A stretch of 64,000 nt of DNA from Armatimonadota bacterium (lineage in GTDB: Bacteria > Vulcanimicrobiota > JACPDS01 > JBDRKI01), in contig JBDRKI010000102.1 of NCBI GenBank assembly GCA_043814095.1, forward strand, positions 64,001 through 128,000, written 5' to 3'. A program made the translations under genes and the position numbers. This document shows positions 1-9,060 of the stretch, piece by piece (position 1 is the stretch's first letter; each line of letters begins with the position of its first letter). The notes under the pieces are model-generated. The model was not told where the DNA came from. It worked only from the letters and a program-made list of their open reading frames with translations, and ran no database searches.

Positions 1-249
1 ATCGGGATGGTATCTGATTCCGCCCTTTGCCGGTCCTCTTGCAAGGTTATGCTGAACGCGGTATCCCATGAAGGTTCTGATTGAACCGTTATCCATTCTG
101 ACTGGGATACTTACGTGTAATTCTCTTTTGGGGTATTTTAAAACTTCATGGATATTCGGATCCAGATTCATTTTTTTTGCAACTCTGTCAAGCTGCTGCA
201 GAGCTATCTGCCATGGATTTAAATTTTCTTGTTTTGTAGCCACTGTCAT
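1..249 (-). CDS. gdhA: Glu/Leu/Phe/Val dehydrogenase (glutamate dehydrogenase), N-terminal part; runs off window
   Basis: Manual translation [20 protein letters not shown]...[45 protein letters not shown]. Not in ORF track. Confidence 0.9.
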   Translation of the reverse strand, partial: MTVATKQENLNPWQIALQQLDRVAKKMNLDPNIHEVLKYPKRELHVSIPVRMDNGSIRTFMGYRVQHNLARGPAKGGIRYHPD

Positions 250-276
250 TTATTCTCCTCCAAAATTTTATTTGCC

Positions 277-307
277 TTTTTCTTCTTTACTTAATAAAGA
301 AGAAAAA
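277..307. other. 13-bp inverted repeat in gdh leader (terminator/attenuator or stabilising hairpin)
   Basis: TTTTTCTTCTTTA-cttaa-TAAAGAAGAAAAA. Confidence 0.45.
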
Positions 308-425
308 CAGGACTTTCTTTTAGAAAAAGTTAACAGTAAAATGCTTCCTTATTATAACCCCCTTTCCATTTATGAACGGTTTAGCTGAAAGTGTAATTAG
401 TGTATTTTGAACAGCGCCTCATATA

Positions 426-452
426 ATTCCATAGTCGGGTGCAAACTCCTTC
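426..452 (-). promoter_or_regulatory. SigH-like promoter upstream of gdh
   Basis: Minus strand GAAGGAGTT-N11-ATGGAAT, close to B. subtilis SigH consensus RnAGGAwWW-N11/12-RnnGAAT. Confidence 0.5.
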
Positions 453-483
453 TTTTTTGTTAAATTTTTAACAAGCAATCTGT

Positions 484-1794
484 TTACACTGTTTTTCCGT
501 AGAAATCATATAATTTGGTTTTCACAACTTCAGCTTTTACTATATCTCCGGCTTTTATATTCTTAGCAGATTTTACATGAAAATTTCTGTCTATTTCAGG
601 CGCGTCAAGCCGGGTTCTTCCAAGGTATTTGTAGGAGTTGCGGCTACCAGAGGCGACTTCATCAATCATTATATCATATACTTTTTTAATTTCAAGTCTG
701 TTTTTCTTTTTTAATATTTCCTGCTGGAGATACATAATTTCTTCCATCCTGTGCTGTTTTACCGTTTCGGGCACCTGTTTTTTAAGGTTATACGATGAAG
801 TCCCCTCTTCGTTTGAATATATAAAAACACCCAGATGATCAAATTTTATCTTTTTCATGAATTTTATAAGGGATTCAAAATCTTTATTTGTTTCACCCGG
901 GAACCCCGTTATAAATGTGGTTCGTATAGCACTAGCGGGGATCTTATTTCTTATCTTGTCTATCAGTTTTTCATAACCGTACGCATCAAGAGGTCTTTTC
1001 ATAAGACGGAGTATCTTCTTTTCGGAATGCTGGAGCGGGATATCAAAATAATTGCAGATTTTATCCTCATTTTTTATGAAATCTATAAGTTCGTCATTTA
1101 TATATGTGGGATACATATATAATATTCTTATCCATTCCAACCCTTTAATTTTACATATTTTTTTCAAAAGAGGTATTAAAGACGGTTTATTATATATATC
1201 CATCCCGTAGGATAAAGAATTCTGAGCTATAATGTTTAACTCTTTAACTCCCCGTGAGACTTTTTTACGGGCGGCTTTAACCAGGGTTTCTATCTTTTCA
1301 CTTTTAAGCTTTCCTCTTAGCTTTGGGATAATACAATATGAACAGGAATGATTGCACCCGTCAGCGACCCTTAAATATGACCAGTGGCCGGGAGTTAATG
1401 AAGCCACGCGGGTTACCGCGCGTTTTAAGGAGAATATTTTGTCAAAATTATTATAATCCGTGATTTTTATCCACTTATTAACTTCAGGGAGTTTGTCTTT
1501 AATAATATCGGCGTATCTCTGGGCTATACACCCGAGAACAACCAGCTCTTTATCCGTATTTTTTGTGTAATCGGAGAGTTCTAAAATTTTATTAATTGAT
1601 TCTGTCTTCGCGTCTTCAATAAAACAGCAGGTATTTACAAATAAAAAATCCGCATCCTCCGGTTTTTCAGTTTTTTTAAAGTCTGCGGATATAAGTTTTG
1701 ATATGATATTTTCGGAATCCACCAGGTTTTTAGCGCAACCCAGGCTTTCAATATAGAATCTGTTCTTTTTTGATTTAGTTCTCATTTTCTTCAA
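484..1794 (-). CDS. rimO: Ribosomal protein S12 methylthiotransferase RimO
   Basis: UPF0004 motifs GCAKNLVDSE and NTCCFI, radical SAM CNHSCSYC, C-terminal DAPEID/TRAM region. Confidence 0.9.
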   Translation of the reverse strand: MKKMRTKSKKNRFYIESLGCAKNLVDSENIISKLISADFKKTEKPEDADFLFVNTCCFIEDAKTESINKILELSDYTKNTDKELVVLGCIAQRYADIIKDKLPEVNKWIKITDYNNFDKIFSLKRAVTRVASLTPGHWSYLRVADGCNHSCSYCIIPKLRGKLKSEKIETLVKAARKKVSRGVKELNIIAQNSLSYGMDIYNKPSLIPLLKKICKIKGLEWIRILYMYPTYINDELIDFIKNEDKICNYFDIPLQHSEKKILRLMKRPLDAYGYEKLIDKIRNKIPASAIRTTFITGFPGETNKDFESLIKFMKKIKFDHLGVFIYSNEEGTSSYNLKKQVPETVKQHRMEEIMYLQQEILKKKNRLEIKKVYDIMIDEVASGSRNSYKYLGRTRLDAPEIDRNFHVKSAKNIKAGDIVKAEVVKTKLYDFYGKTV

Positions 1795-2452
1795 TTGCTG
1801 CCTGCAGCTCGGCTTCGTCTACATGGCGGATTATTTCCTGCTCGTTATCATGTTCTATTTCTTCAAGTTTTTCAAGCTGTTCTTTTATGTCAACTTTAGG
1901 CAGTTCGTTTAAATCTTTAAGATGGAAATAATGCAAAAATTCGCTTGTTGTTGCATATAATGTTGGTTTGCCTATTACAGGAGCTTTGCCTGCTTCTTTT
2001 ATAAGTTTTTTATCCACGAGTTTATTTATTATTTTATCTACATTAACCCCTCTTATATCTTCTATCTGGGCGCGTGTGACCGGCTGGTTAAAAGCTATAA
2101 TTGCCAGGGTCTCAAGGGCCGCCCTTGATAAAAACTGTTTACCGCAGGCTTTCAGGAGTTTTTCAACAGAATCGGAGCATTTTGCCGAAGTTGTCATTTT
2201 ATATTCACCGGCGGCGGTAACTATATTTATGCCTCTCGGTTCGTATTCAAGGATTAATTCTTCTAAAACATCTTCGGCTTCCTGTATCTTTAATTCAGCT
2301 GTATCAGCTATTTCTTTTAAAGAAAGAGGTTTTGCGGATATAAAAAGGAGAGATTCTATTATATATTTAGGATCATCGGTTTGTTCACTTTTATATGTAA
2401 TTTCTGGATTTTCTTCAATTTTTTCTTCTGCGACACAGATATTTTCCTGCAT
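1775..2452 (-). CDS. scpB: SMC-ScpAB subunit ScpB
   Basis: IIESLLF...PLS, LSRAALETLAIIAFNQPVTRAQIEDIRGV, GKPTLYATTSEFL. Confidence 0.93.
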   Translation of the reverse strand: MQENICVAEEKIEENPEITYKSEQTDDPKYIIESLLFISAKPLSLKEIADTAELKIQEAEDVLEELILEYEPRGINIVTAAGEYKMTTSAKCSDSVEKLLKACGKQFLSRAALETLAIIAFNQPVTRAQIEDIRGVNVDKIINKLVDKKLIKEAGKAPVIGKPTLYATTSEFLHYFHLKDLNELPKVDIKEQLEKLEEIEHDNEQEIIRHVDEAELQAAIEENEN

Positions 2453-2556
2453 AGGCGCCTCCGTATTAAATTAAGTTCTTCTCAGGCTTTCTTTTTATTA
2501 TAATACTCTTGAGGCTATTTTTTGTCAATAAATTTATATTTTTTCTTTGAAATAAA

Positions 2557-2583
2557 AAAGGATTTGTATTAAATAAGGGGAAT
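2557..2583 (+). promoter_or_regulatory. SigH-like promoter for the acidic Zn-ribbon gene
   Basis: AAAGGATTT-N11-GGGGAAT, full match to SigH consensus. Confidence 0.5.
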
Positions 2584-2621
2584 ATATTTATGTTAAATAA
2601 ATGTTAAAGGGGGCTAAACTT

Positions 2622-3290
2622 ATGGCCATGTGTCCTAAATGCGGAACTGATAATGATAATACCAGGCTGACATGCTTCAGATGCGGTATGGTGCTTCCGA
2701 AACTGTCTCTGGAAGAATTAGAGTCAAAATCGGAAGTAAATGTCGTTATAGATGAAAACCTTGAGACAAAAGACGTTGTAAAAGCTTCGGACTGTATATT
2801 CCTTTCCTCATTAAAGGAAATAAAGGATCTTGTTGATTCCGGGCAGTGGGAAGTTGAGGATATCCAGAATAAGCTGGACGCGGTTAAAAAAGAAAGCAAC
2901 TATATCCTTGACCTTATTAACAGCTTCTCGGATGAAGAAAAAAGCTGGATGACAACCGGTCTTTCAAAGATTGACACCTCATACGATAAATTCCAGGAAT
3001 CTTTCGGCAAGTTTGACCAGTTCTTAAATACCCAGGATGCCTCACTGCTTGAAGACGGCATGAAAGTGGCTACAGAAGCAAGCCATATGCTTTTAGAAGG
3101 CATAAATGAAGCCCAGGACGAGCTGGGTGTTGAAGAAGAAAAAATATCCGAAGAACTTGGCAATGTGGAAGGGCTGGATTTAGACGAAGATTTTGACCTT
3201 GATGAAGACGAAGACTTTGATTTAGATGATATGGATTTTGATTCCGATGAATCTATGGAAGAGGAAGAAGCAGAAGAAGAATATAAATAA
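2622..3290 (+). CDS. Hypothetical protein: N-terminal zinc ribbon, helical core, very acidic C-terminal tail
   Basis: MAMCPKCG...CFRCG; AAGGGGG RBS before ATG 2622; tail LDLDEDFDLDEDEDFDLDDMDFDSDESMEEEEAEEEY. Confidence 0.8.
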   Translation: MAMCPKCGTDNDNTRLTCFRCGMVLPKLSLEELESKSEVNVVIDENLETKDVVKASDCIFLSSLKEIKDLVDSGQWEVEDIQNKLDAVKKESNYILDLINSFSDEEKSWMTTGLSKIDTSYDKFQESFGKFDQFLNTQDASLLEDGMKVATEASHMLLEGINEAQDELGVEEEKISEELGNVEGLDLDEDFDLDEDEDFDLDDMDFDSDESMEEEEAEEEYK

Positions 3291-3304
3291 GTATGAAACT
3301 GCAT

Positions 3305-3349
3305 AAGTTTAAAAGAAGGGCAAAATTACTTTACCCTTCTTTTAAACTT
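3305..3349. terminator. Bidirectional intrinsic terminator between convergent genes
   Basis: 16-bp stem AAGTTTAAAAGAAGGG / CCCTTCTTTTAAACTT. Confidence 0.75.
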
Positions 3350-4098
3350 TAATTTTTCAATATTATTATTTCACTTTCTAACGAACCCTGCACCAGACTT
3401 ATTTTCTGCAAGCGTGAAAGCTCAAGTACTGCAAGAAAAGTAACTATAAGCATTTCTTTATCCGGCGCGTCTTCAAACAGCCTGCTGAAACTGAGCTGCT
3501 CTAAACGTGAGATCCTTTCGTATATCTGCTCCATTCTCTGCGGAACATTTATCCTTATTTTTTCAATCTGGATATCTTTATCCTTTTCCAATCTGTCATA
3601 GTAATTATTAAGAACCCTGTTAAAAGCCGTTATTAAATCATATATTGAAGCTTCCGCGTAATGCTGGTGCTCCGGGTCTGTATCGTAAAAATCACGGTTT
3701 CTGCTGTAGGAAGATGCCGCCCATTTTTCTTTTTCCGAAAGATATAACGCGGCTTCTTTGTATTTTTTGTATTTTTTAAGCTTGTTTATAAGTTCCGTGG
3801 CGGCTTCGTCTTCATCCGCGTATTCATACTGGTTTTCCTTATTTTTCTCTATGGGAAGAAGCGCCCGGGATTTTATCTCCAAAAGGGTGGCGAATATTAC
3901 AAGGTATGAACTCTCAACCTCAAGGTTAAGCACCTGCATAAGGTTCAGGTACTGCAGGTACTCATCGGCGATCTCGGCAAGGGATATCGCGCATATATCA
4001 AGCTGTGATTTATCAACAAGATAAAGAAGAAGGTCCAGAGGCCCTTCAAAAAGATCTATTTTAACTTTGTATGATGTTTTAGGTATGTTTATAGTCAT
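3349..4098 (-). CDS. scpA: SMC kleisin ScpA
   Basis: FEGPLDLLLYLV, YLVIFATLLEIKSRALLP, IVTFLAVLEL. Confidence 0.93.
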   Translation of the reverse strand: MTINIPKTSYKVKIDLFEGPLDLLLYLVDKSQLDICAISLAEIADEYLQYLNLMQVLNLEVESSYLVIFATLLEIKSRALLPIEKNKENQYEYADEDEAATELINKLKKYKKYKEAALYLSEKEKWAASSYSRNRDFYDTDPEHQHYAEASIYDLITAFNRVLNNYYDRLEKDKDIQIEKIRINVPQRMEQIYERISRLEQLSFSRLFEDAPDKEMLIVTFLAVLELSRLQKISLVQGSLESEIIILKN

Positions 4099-4110
4099 AT
4101 GTTTTTCCTT

Positions 4111-4758
4111 TTATCCCACGCCTGTAAATAGTTTGTATAAAAATACAAACGGTGGTACTAATATTACGTTTATTAATCCGGTTACTATTAAGATTATAAG
4201 GATAAAAAATATTATCATGGGAGATGTTCTTTCAAGTTCGTTGTATTTCCATGCAAGATCTTTAGGCATAAGCCCCATTAAAATTCTTGATCCGTCCAAC
4301 GGAGGAACAGGAATTAAATTAAACAATCCAAGCCCTATGTTTACAACAATAAATGTTTTTAAGAAAAGCAGCAAAATGAGAGTAAAAGTATTATAAGAGG
4401 AAGGAATCAGCAGCCTGAAAAGTAAACCTCCCGAGGCTGCCATGGCGAAATTCGCAAGAGGTCCCGCAAGCCCTACAAGCATGCTGTCCTTGAAATAGTT
4501 TTTGAAGTTATAAGGGTTAATGGGTACGGGTTTCGCCCAGCCGAAACAGAATTTCCCGCCTGATGCCAGAAAGGTTGTTACAAGCACAAGAGCGCCCCAC
4601 AGGTCTAAATGATTCATCGGGTTTAAAGTTAACCTGCCTGAATATTTTGCTGTAGGATCGCCTAAGTTATAAGCTACGCGCGCGTGCGCATATTCATGAA
4701 CTATCAATGATATTAATATAGCCGGCACAAATAATAATATAGTAATAAACATTTCCAT
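4111..4758 (-). CDS. Site-2 protease, M50 family
   Basis: HEYAH, GRLTLNP, NLIPVPPLDG. Confidence 0.9.
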   Translation of the reverse strand: MEMFITILLFVPAILISLIVHEYAHARVAYNLGDPTAKYSGRLTLNPMNHLDLWGALVLVTTFLASGGKFCFGWAKPVPINPYNFKNYFKDSMLVGLAGPLANFAMAASGGLLFRLLIPSSYNTFTLILLLFLKTFIVVNIGLGLFNLIPVPPLDGSRILMGLMPKDLAWKYNELERTSPMIIFFILIILIVTGLINVILVPPFVFLYKLFTGVG

Positions 4759-4778
4759 AATAAAGACCCCGGTAATAA

Positions 4779-7364
4779 TTATTTTTTAAATTTTTCTTTT
4801 AAATACTTCCTTGCTTCTTTTTTATCCTTTATTATACCATCTATCTGGGCATCTTCAAGTGCTGTTAAGGCTTTTCTGAAAAAAGGTCCGGGGGTATAGT
4901 TCCATTTTATCAGGTCATTTCCTGTTACAAAGAATTTTATATTCTTAAGATGTGACAGGAAATAAACAATCCTGTGCCTTACCGATATAAAGTTTGTCCT
5001 TGCTATTATGTATATAAGAGCTTCTATCGCAAGCGGGGAGAGCAGCCGGTATATCTGGCTTTTGGTTATTGTTTTTGAAGAAAGCTTCCTTATTAATAAA
5101 GATGCCGTATCTTTATCAAGCTTTCTTTTTCGGACTTCCTCTATAGAAAATTTAAATCTTTTCGCGACTTCATCTATCTTTTCCGAGGAAAGCTGGCTTA
5201 CAAGAATCATAAAATAAATGATCCATTTTTTAGCGTTTTCTTTTTTTAATATTTTCTTATATTTGATCATAAGGGCTGTAGCTTCCTGGAGTGTGGCTAC
5301 TAATTTCTGGTTTAAAAATATATCTTTATGTATAACTTTTAAAATATTAAGTTTTGCCATCCGCTTTAATGCCGGCACGGGTTTTTCTTCGCTTAATATA
5401 AGGGTTATCTCATCCCTTATCCTCTCCCCTGTCAGCTGGTCAAAAATATTGCTCTTAAGAGCGTTTAAGAGCAGCTCTTCCGTATGGTGATCCATTTTAA
5501 AATGGTACCTCTGTTCAAACCGTACTGCCCTGAATATCCTGGTAGGATCTTCTATAAAGCTTAAATTATGCAGGACCCTTACGATACCGTCTTTTAAATC
5601 ATTCTGTCCGCCGAAGAAGTCCAAAAGGCTCCCGAACCCTTTTTTATTGAGCTGGACCGCCAGGGCGTTTATCGTAAAATCTCTTCTGTATAAATCCTGT
5701 TTTATGGATGTGGCCCATACATGAGGCAGGGCGGCGGGACGGGTATAGTATTCAACCCTGGTAGATGCCACATCCACTTTGCAGTGTTTTGTGAATACTA
5801 TTGCGGTTTTAAATTTTTCATGTGTTATGACTTTGGCTTTTAAAGCCTTGCCCAGCTCCCCTGCGAATAATACGCCGTCACCTTCCACAACTATATCTAT
5901 ATCAAGGTTCTCAATGCCCAGCAAAAGGTCTCTTACAAATCCTCCGGCAAGAAATATGTTAATACCCAGCATATCGGCTATTTTAGAACAGGTTTTAAAT
6001 AATTTCTGCATATTTAAAGGCAGCTGTTCTATATTTGTTTTTGTGTCATGCCAGTGCCTGCCGGCTTTAATATGCATGCCGTGCAGTGTTGTAAGAATAT
6101 CAGTACGGGTTACAATGCCTTTAATAATACCGTCTTCTATTATAGGCAGCCGCCCTATATTATGGTCTGTCATTATTCTCTGAAGTGTATTTAAGGATGT
6201 ATACGGATTGGCGGTAACAACGTCTTTTAACATGAATTCTTCTATACTGGCGTTAGCCAGTCCGTGGTGTATGGCTTTATCTATGTCATGTCGGGTTATA
6301 ATCCCCGCGACCCTTCTGTCTTTTAAAATAACCAGCCCGCTGTGCCCGAACCTTACAATAGCTTTCTGGGCATCGGCTATTGTCTTATCTTCTTCAAGAT
6401 TTATGTATCTTACAGGGGAACTCATGATATCTTTAGCCATAATAGTCGGCTTTAATTCTTTTTCAAGTGTATCATAAAGCCTTTTTTCGGCTGTTTTCAT
6501 CTGTTTATGCTTAATTACAACGGAAGCCGCGTTAGGATGGCCTCCCCCGCCTAACGGCGCGAGGATCCTGCTTAAATCAATCTCGGGCTGTTTGCTTCTT
6601 CCTATTATTAATATTTTGTCTTTCATCTTTATAAGCGTAAATACGATATCCACGCCTTCTATGTCAACAAGCCTGTGAACCACCAGGGATATCTCATCTA
6701 TAAATTCTTTTGCATGAGCCCTGGCTATAAGTATTTTAAAGCCCCTTACATGTTTAACATGGGAATTTACTATAAGGCTGTTCAATAATTTTATCTGAGG
6801 ATCGCTTAAGCTGTGATGGATATATTCCGATATTACCTTTAGATTCGCTTTTTTGCTTAAAAGGTACGCGACTGTCTCAACGTCTTCTTTAGTTGTATGC
6901 GAGAAAGTTAGCGAGCCCGTTTCTTCATATATGCCCAGAGCGAATAAGGTCGCCTCTAAAGGAGTTATGGGTATTTTCTTCTCCCTTATTTTCCTTGCCA
7001 GCATTGTTACCGTAGCGCCTAATACTTCAATATAATTCTCATCACCCTGAATTGATTCGGGTGCGGGCGGATGGTGATCGTAAATATGTACTTCCACAAG
7101 CGGGCTTATGAAAAATTCTTTAAAAGCCCCTACCCTATCGGGCAGGCTGGTATCAACGACGATTAATTTTGATATTTCAAGATTCTTAACTTTTCTGGGA
7201 TACTCTATATTAAAATAATCTTTATATAAATGAACAAACTCCCTTACATTCTGGCTTGGGGTGGACGTAAAAAAAAGCCGGGCCTGCGGGTAGAGTTTAG
7301 ATGCCGCAACCATAGAGGCAAGAGAATCAAAATCAGCCGTAACGTGAGATATAATTACTTCCAT
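4779..7364 (-). CDS. cca: DHH-DHHA1-CBS-class II tRNA nucleotidyltransferase (CCA- or A-adding enzyme)
   Basis: DFD, DHH, GGGH motifs; CBS pair; GGFVRDLLL..DIDIV, DLYRRDFTINA, EDPTRIFRAVRF. Confidence 0.85.
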   Translation of the reverse strand: MEVIISHVTADFDSLASMVAASKLYPQARLFFTSTPSQNVREFVHLYKDYFNIEYPRKVKNLEISKLIVVDTSLPDRVGAFKEFFISPLVEVHIYDHHPPAPESIQGDENYIEVLGATVTMLARKIREKKIPITPLEATLFALGIYEETGSLTFSHTTKEDVETVAYLLSKKANLKVISEYIHHSLSDPQIKLLNSLIVNSHVKHVRGFKILIARAHAKEFIDEISLVVHRLVDIEGVDIVFTLIKMKDKILIIGRSKQPEIDLSRILAPLGGGGHPNAASVVIKHKQMKTAEKRLYDTLEKELKPTIMAKDIMSSPVRYINLEEDKTIADAQKAIVRFGHSGLVILKDRRVAGIITRHDIDKAIHHGLANASIEEFMLKDVVTANPYTSLNTLQRIMTDHNIGRLPIIEDGIIKGIVTRTDILTTLHGMHIKAGRHWHDTKTNIEQLPLNMQKLFKTCSKIADMLGINIFLAGGFVRDLLLGIENLDIDIVVEGDGVLFAGELGKALKAKVITHEKFKTAIVFTKHCKVDVASTRVEYYTRPAALPHVWATSIKQDLYRRDFTINALAVQLNKKGFGSLLDFFGGQNDLKDGIVRVLHNLSFIEDPTRIFRAVRFEQRYHFKMDHHTEELLLNALKSNIFDQLTGERIRDEITLILSEEKPVPALKRMAKLNILKVIHKDIFLNQKLVATLQEATALMIKYKKILKKENAKKWIIYFMILVSQLSSEKIDEVAKRFKFSIEEVRKRKLDKDTASLLIRKLSSKTITKSQIYRLLSPLAIEALIYIIARTNFISVRHRIVYFLSHLKNIKFFVTGNDLIKWNYTPGPFFRKALTALEDAQIDGIIKDKKEARKYLKEKFKK

Positions 7365-7587
7365 AACAAACTAATTTCCGTTTTATTTAATTTTATCCTC
7401 TATGAGAAAACTCAACTTATTTAATCTGTCAGCTTTGTTTAATGTTTTTTTAACCAAGCCCAGCCACTTTCTTATCTTGATCTGACATTTATAATCCTTT
7501 TCAGATAGTTGATTTGTTCGTTCTGTTGGATGACTAATTGTCAGGCAAACAGTTGAAAATATTTCAGTTTTAAATTAAAGTTATAAA

Positions 7588-7614
7588 AAAGGGTTTAACC
7601 TGCCGGTTTAGAAT
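7588..7614 (+). promoter_or_regulatory. SigH-like promoter upstream of malic enzyme
   Basis: AAAGGGTTT-N11-TTAGAAT. Confidence 0.4.
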
Positions 7615-7667
7615 ATATGCTTGATAAAAAAATAACAATCAATTTAACTGAATACAGGAGGCATACT

Positions 7668-8957
7668 ATGGTAAGTAAACAGGAAGCGCTGGATTATCAT
7701 TCACAGGGAAGGCCGGGCAAAACAGAGGTTGTACCCTCAAAACCGTGTTCAACCCAGAAGGAACTGTCTTTAGCTTATACCCCCGGTGTTGCCGAACCAT
7801 GCAGGGAGATCCATAAAAACCCAGATGATGTATTTAAGTACACGATAAAAGAAAATCTTGTGGCTGTTGTAACGGACGGTACTGCCGTGCTGGGATTAGG
7901 CAATATAGGGGCGCTGGCCGGAAAGCCCGTTATGGAAGGCAAAGGTGTGCTCTTTAAAAAGTTTGCCGATGTTGATGTTTTTGACATAGAACTTGCGACA
8001 AACGACCCCGATGAAATAGTTAAAACAGTTAAGTATATGGAACCTACATTCGGCGGTATAAATTTGGAAGATATCAAAGCCCCAGAATGCTTCTATATTG
8101 AAGAAAAACTTATAGAAGACCTTGATATTCCCGTTTTCCATGATGATCAGCACGGAACGGCTATTATAAGCGGGGCGGCTTTCATTAATGCTCTTGAGCT
8201 GATCGGTAAAAAGATAGAAAAAGTTAAAGTTGTATTTAACGGAGCCGGCGCCGCGGGAATAGCCTGCGCTAAATTTTATTTAAGCTTGGGGCTTAAACCG
8301 GAAAACTTGATTTTATGCGACAGTAAAGGCGTTATATATAAAGGCAGAAAAGAAGGTATGAACCCTTATAAAGAAAGGTTCGCGTCTGATACTCCCAAAA
8401 GAACTTTAGCCGAAGCGATGGAAGGCACTGATGCTTTTGTGGGTGTTTCGGTAAAAGATACGGTAACTCCGGATATGTTAAAATCAATGAACGAAAATCC
8501 CATAATATTCGCCATGGCAAACCCCGATCCCGAAATAACATATGATGCGGCAATATCTGCAAGACCTGATGTTATTATGGCTACGGGAAGAAGCGATTAT
8601 CCGAACCAGGTTAATAATGTACTGGGCTTCCCCTTTATATTCAGAGGGGCCCTTGATGTAAGGGCAGCTGCCATAAACGAAGAGATGAAGCTTGCGGCCG
8701 CTTACGCCCTTGCGAATCTCGCAAAAGAACCTGTCGCTGAAGATATAGCCAAATTATATAATAAAACGGTAATTGAGTTCGGCAGGGAATATATTATCCC
8801 TAAACCGATGGATCCCAGGGTTCTCTTATGGGTTGCCCCGGCAGTAGCAAAAGCCGCCATAGACTCGGGTGTTGCCAGAAAACCCATCAAGAATTTTGAA
8901 GATTATAAAAAAGAGCTAGAATTAAGATTAAATCACTTAAGCAAAGTCTGCGTGTAG
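7668..8957 (+). CDS. NAD(P)-dependent malic enzyme (MaeB-like, no PTA domain)
   Basis: [61 protein letters not shown] before ATG 7668. Confidence 0.92.
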   Translation: MVSKQEALDYHSQGRPGKTEVVPSKPCSTQKELSLAYTPGVAEPCREIHKNPDDVFKYTIKENLVAVVTDGTAVLGLGNIGALAGKPVMEGKGVLFKKFADVDVFDIELATNDPDEIVKTVKYMEPTFGGINLEDIKAPECFYIEEKLIEDLDIPVFHDDQHGTAIISGAAFINALELIGKKIEKVKVVFNGAGAAGIACAKFYLSLGLKPENLILCDSKGVIYKGRKEGMNPYKERFASDTPKRTLAEAMEGTDAFVGVSVKDTVTPDMLKSMNENPIIFAMANPDPEITYDAAISARPDVIMATGRSDYPNQVNNVLGFPFIFRGALDVRAAAINEEMKLAAAYALANLAKEPVAEDIAKLYNKTVIEFGREYIIPKPMDPRVLLWVAPAVAKAAIDSGVARKPIKNFEDYKKELELRLNHLSKVCV

Positions 8958-9000
8958 CTGGCAAAAGCTGATATCCTGTAGACAGATATTATAAAATGTT

Positions 9001-9039
9001 GTAAAATCTGTAAATCATAAACTGATTTACAGATTTTAC
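9001..9039 (+). terminator. Hairpin after malic enzyme
   Basis: Perfect 17-bp stem GTAAAATCTGTAAATCA-taaac-TGATTTACAGATTTTAC followed by TTTAAT. Confidence 0.65.
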
Positions 9040-9060
9040 TTTAATAAGGTTTATTGCAGG

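Noticed and set aside
68..388. Plus-strand 106-aa ORF
   Set aside because: Antisense shadow of gdh and its leader.
2571..2598. Possible dif site: TTATGTTAAAT (exact XerD arm) at 2588-2598
   Set aside because: The would-be XerC arm (AAATAAGGGGA) does not resemble known arms, and the stretch is explained by a promoter in AT-rich DNA.
1968..3304. ORFs 1968-2474(+), 2588-2899(-) and Ser-rich 2900-3304(-)
   Set aside because: Antisense to scpB and the acidic gene; the Ser-richness is the complement of Glu/Asp codons.
7384..7575. Stop-free minus-strand frame of about 63 codons upstream of cca
   Set aside because: No good start codon or RBS and no recognisable motif.
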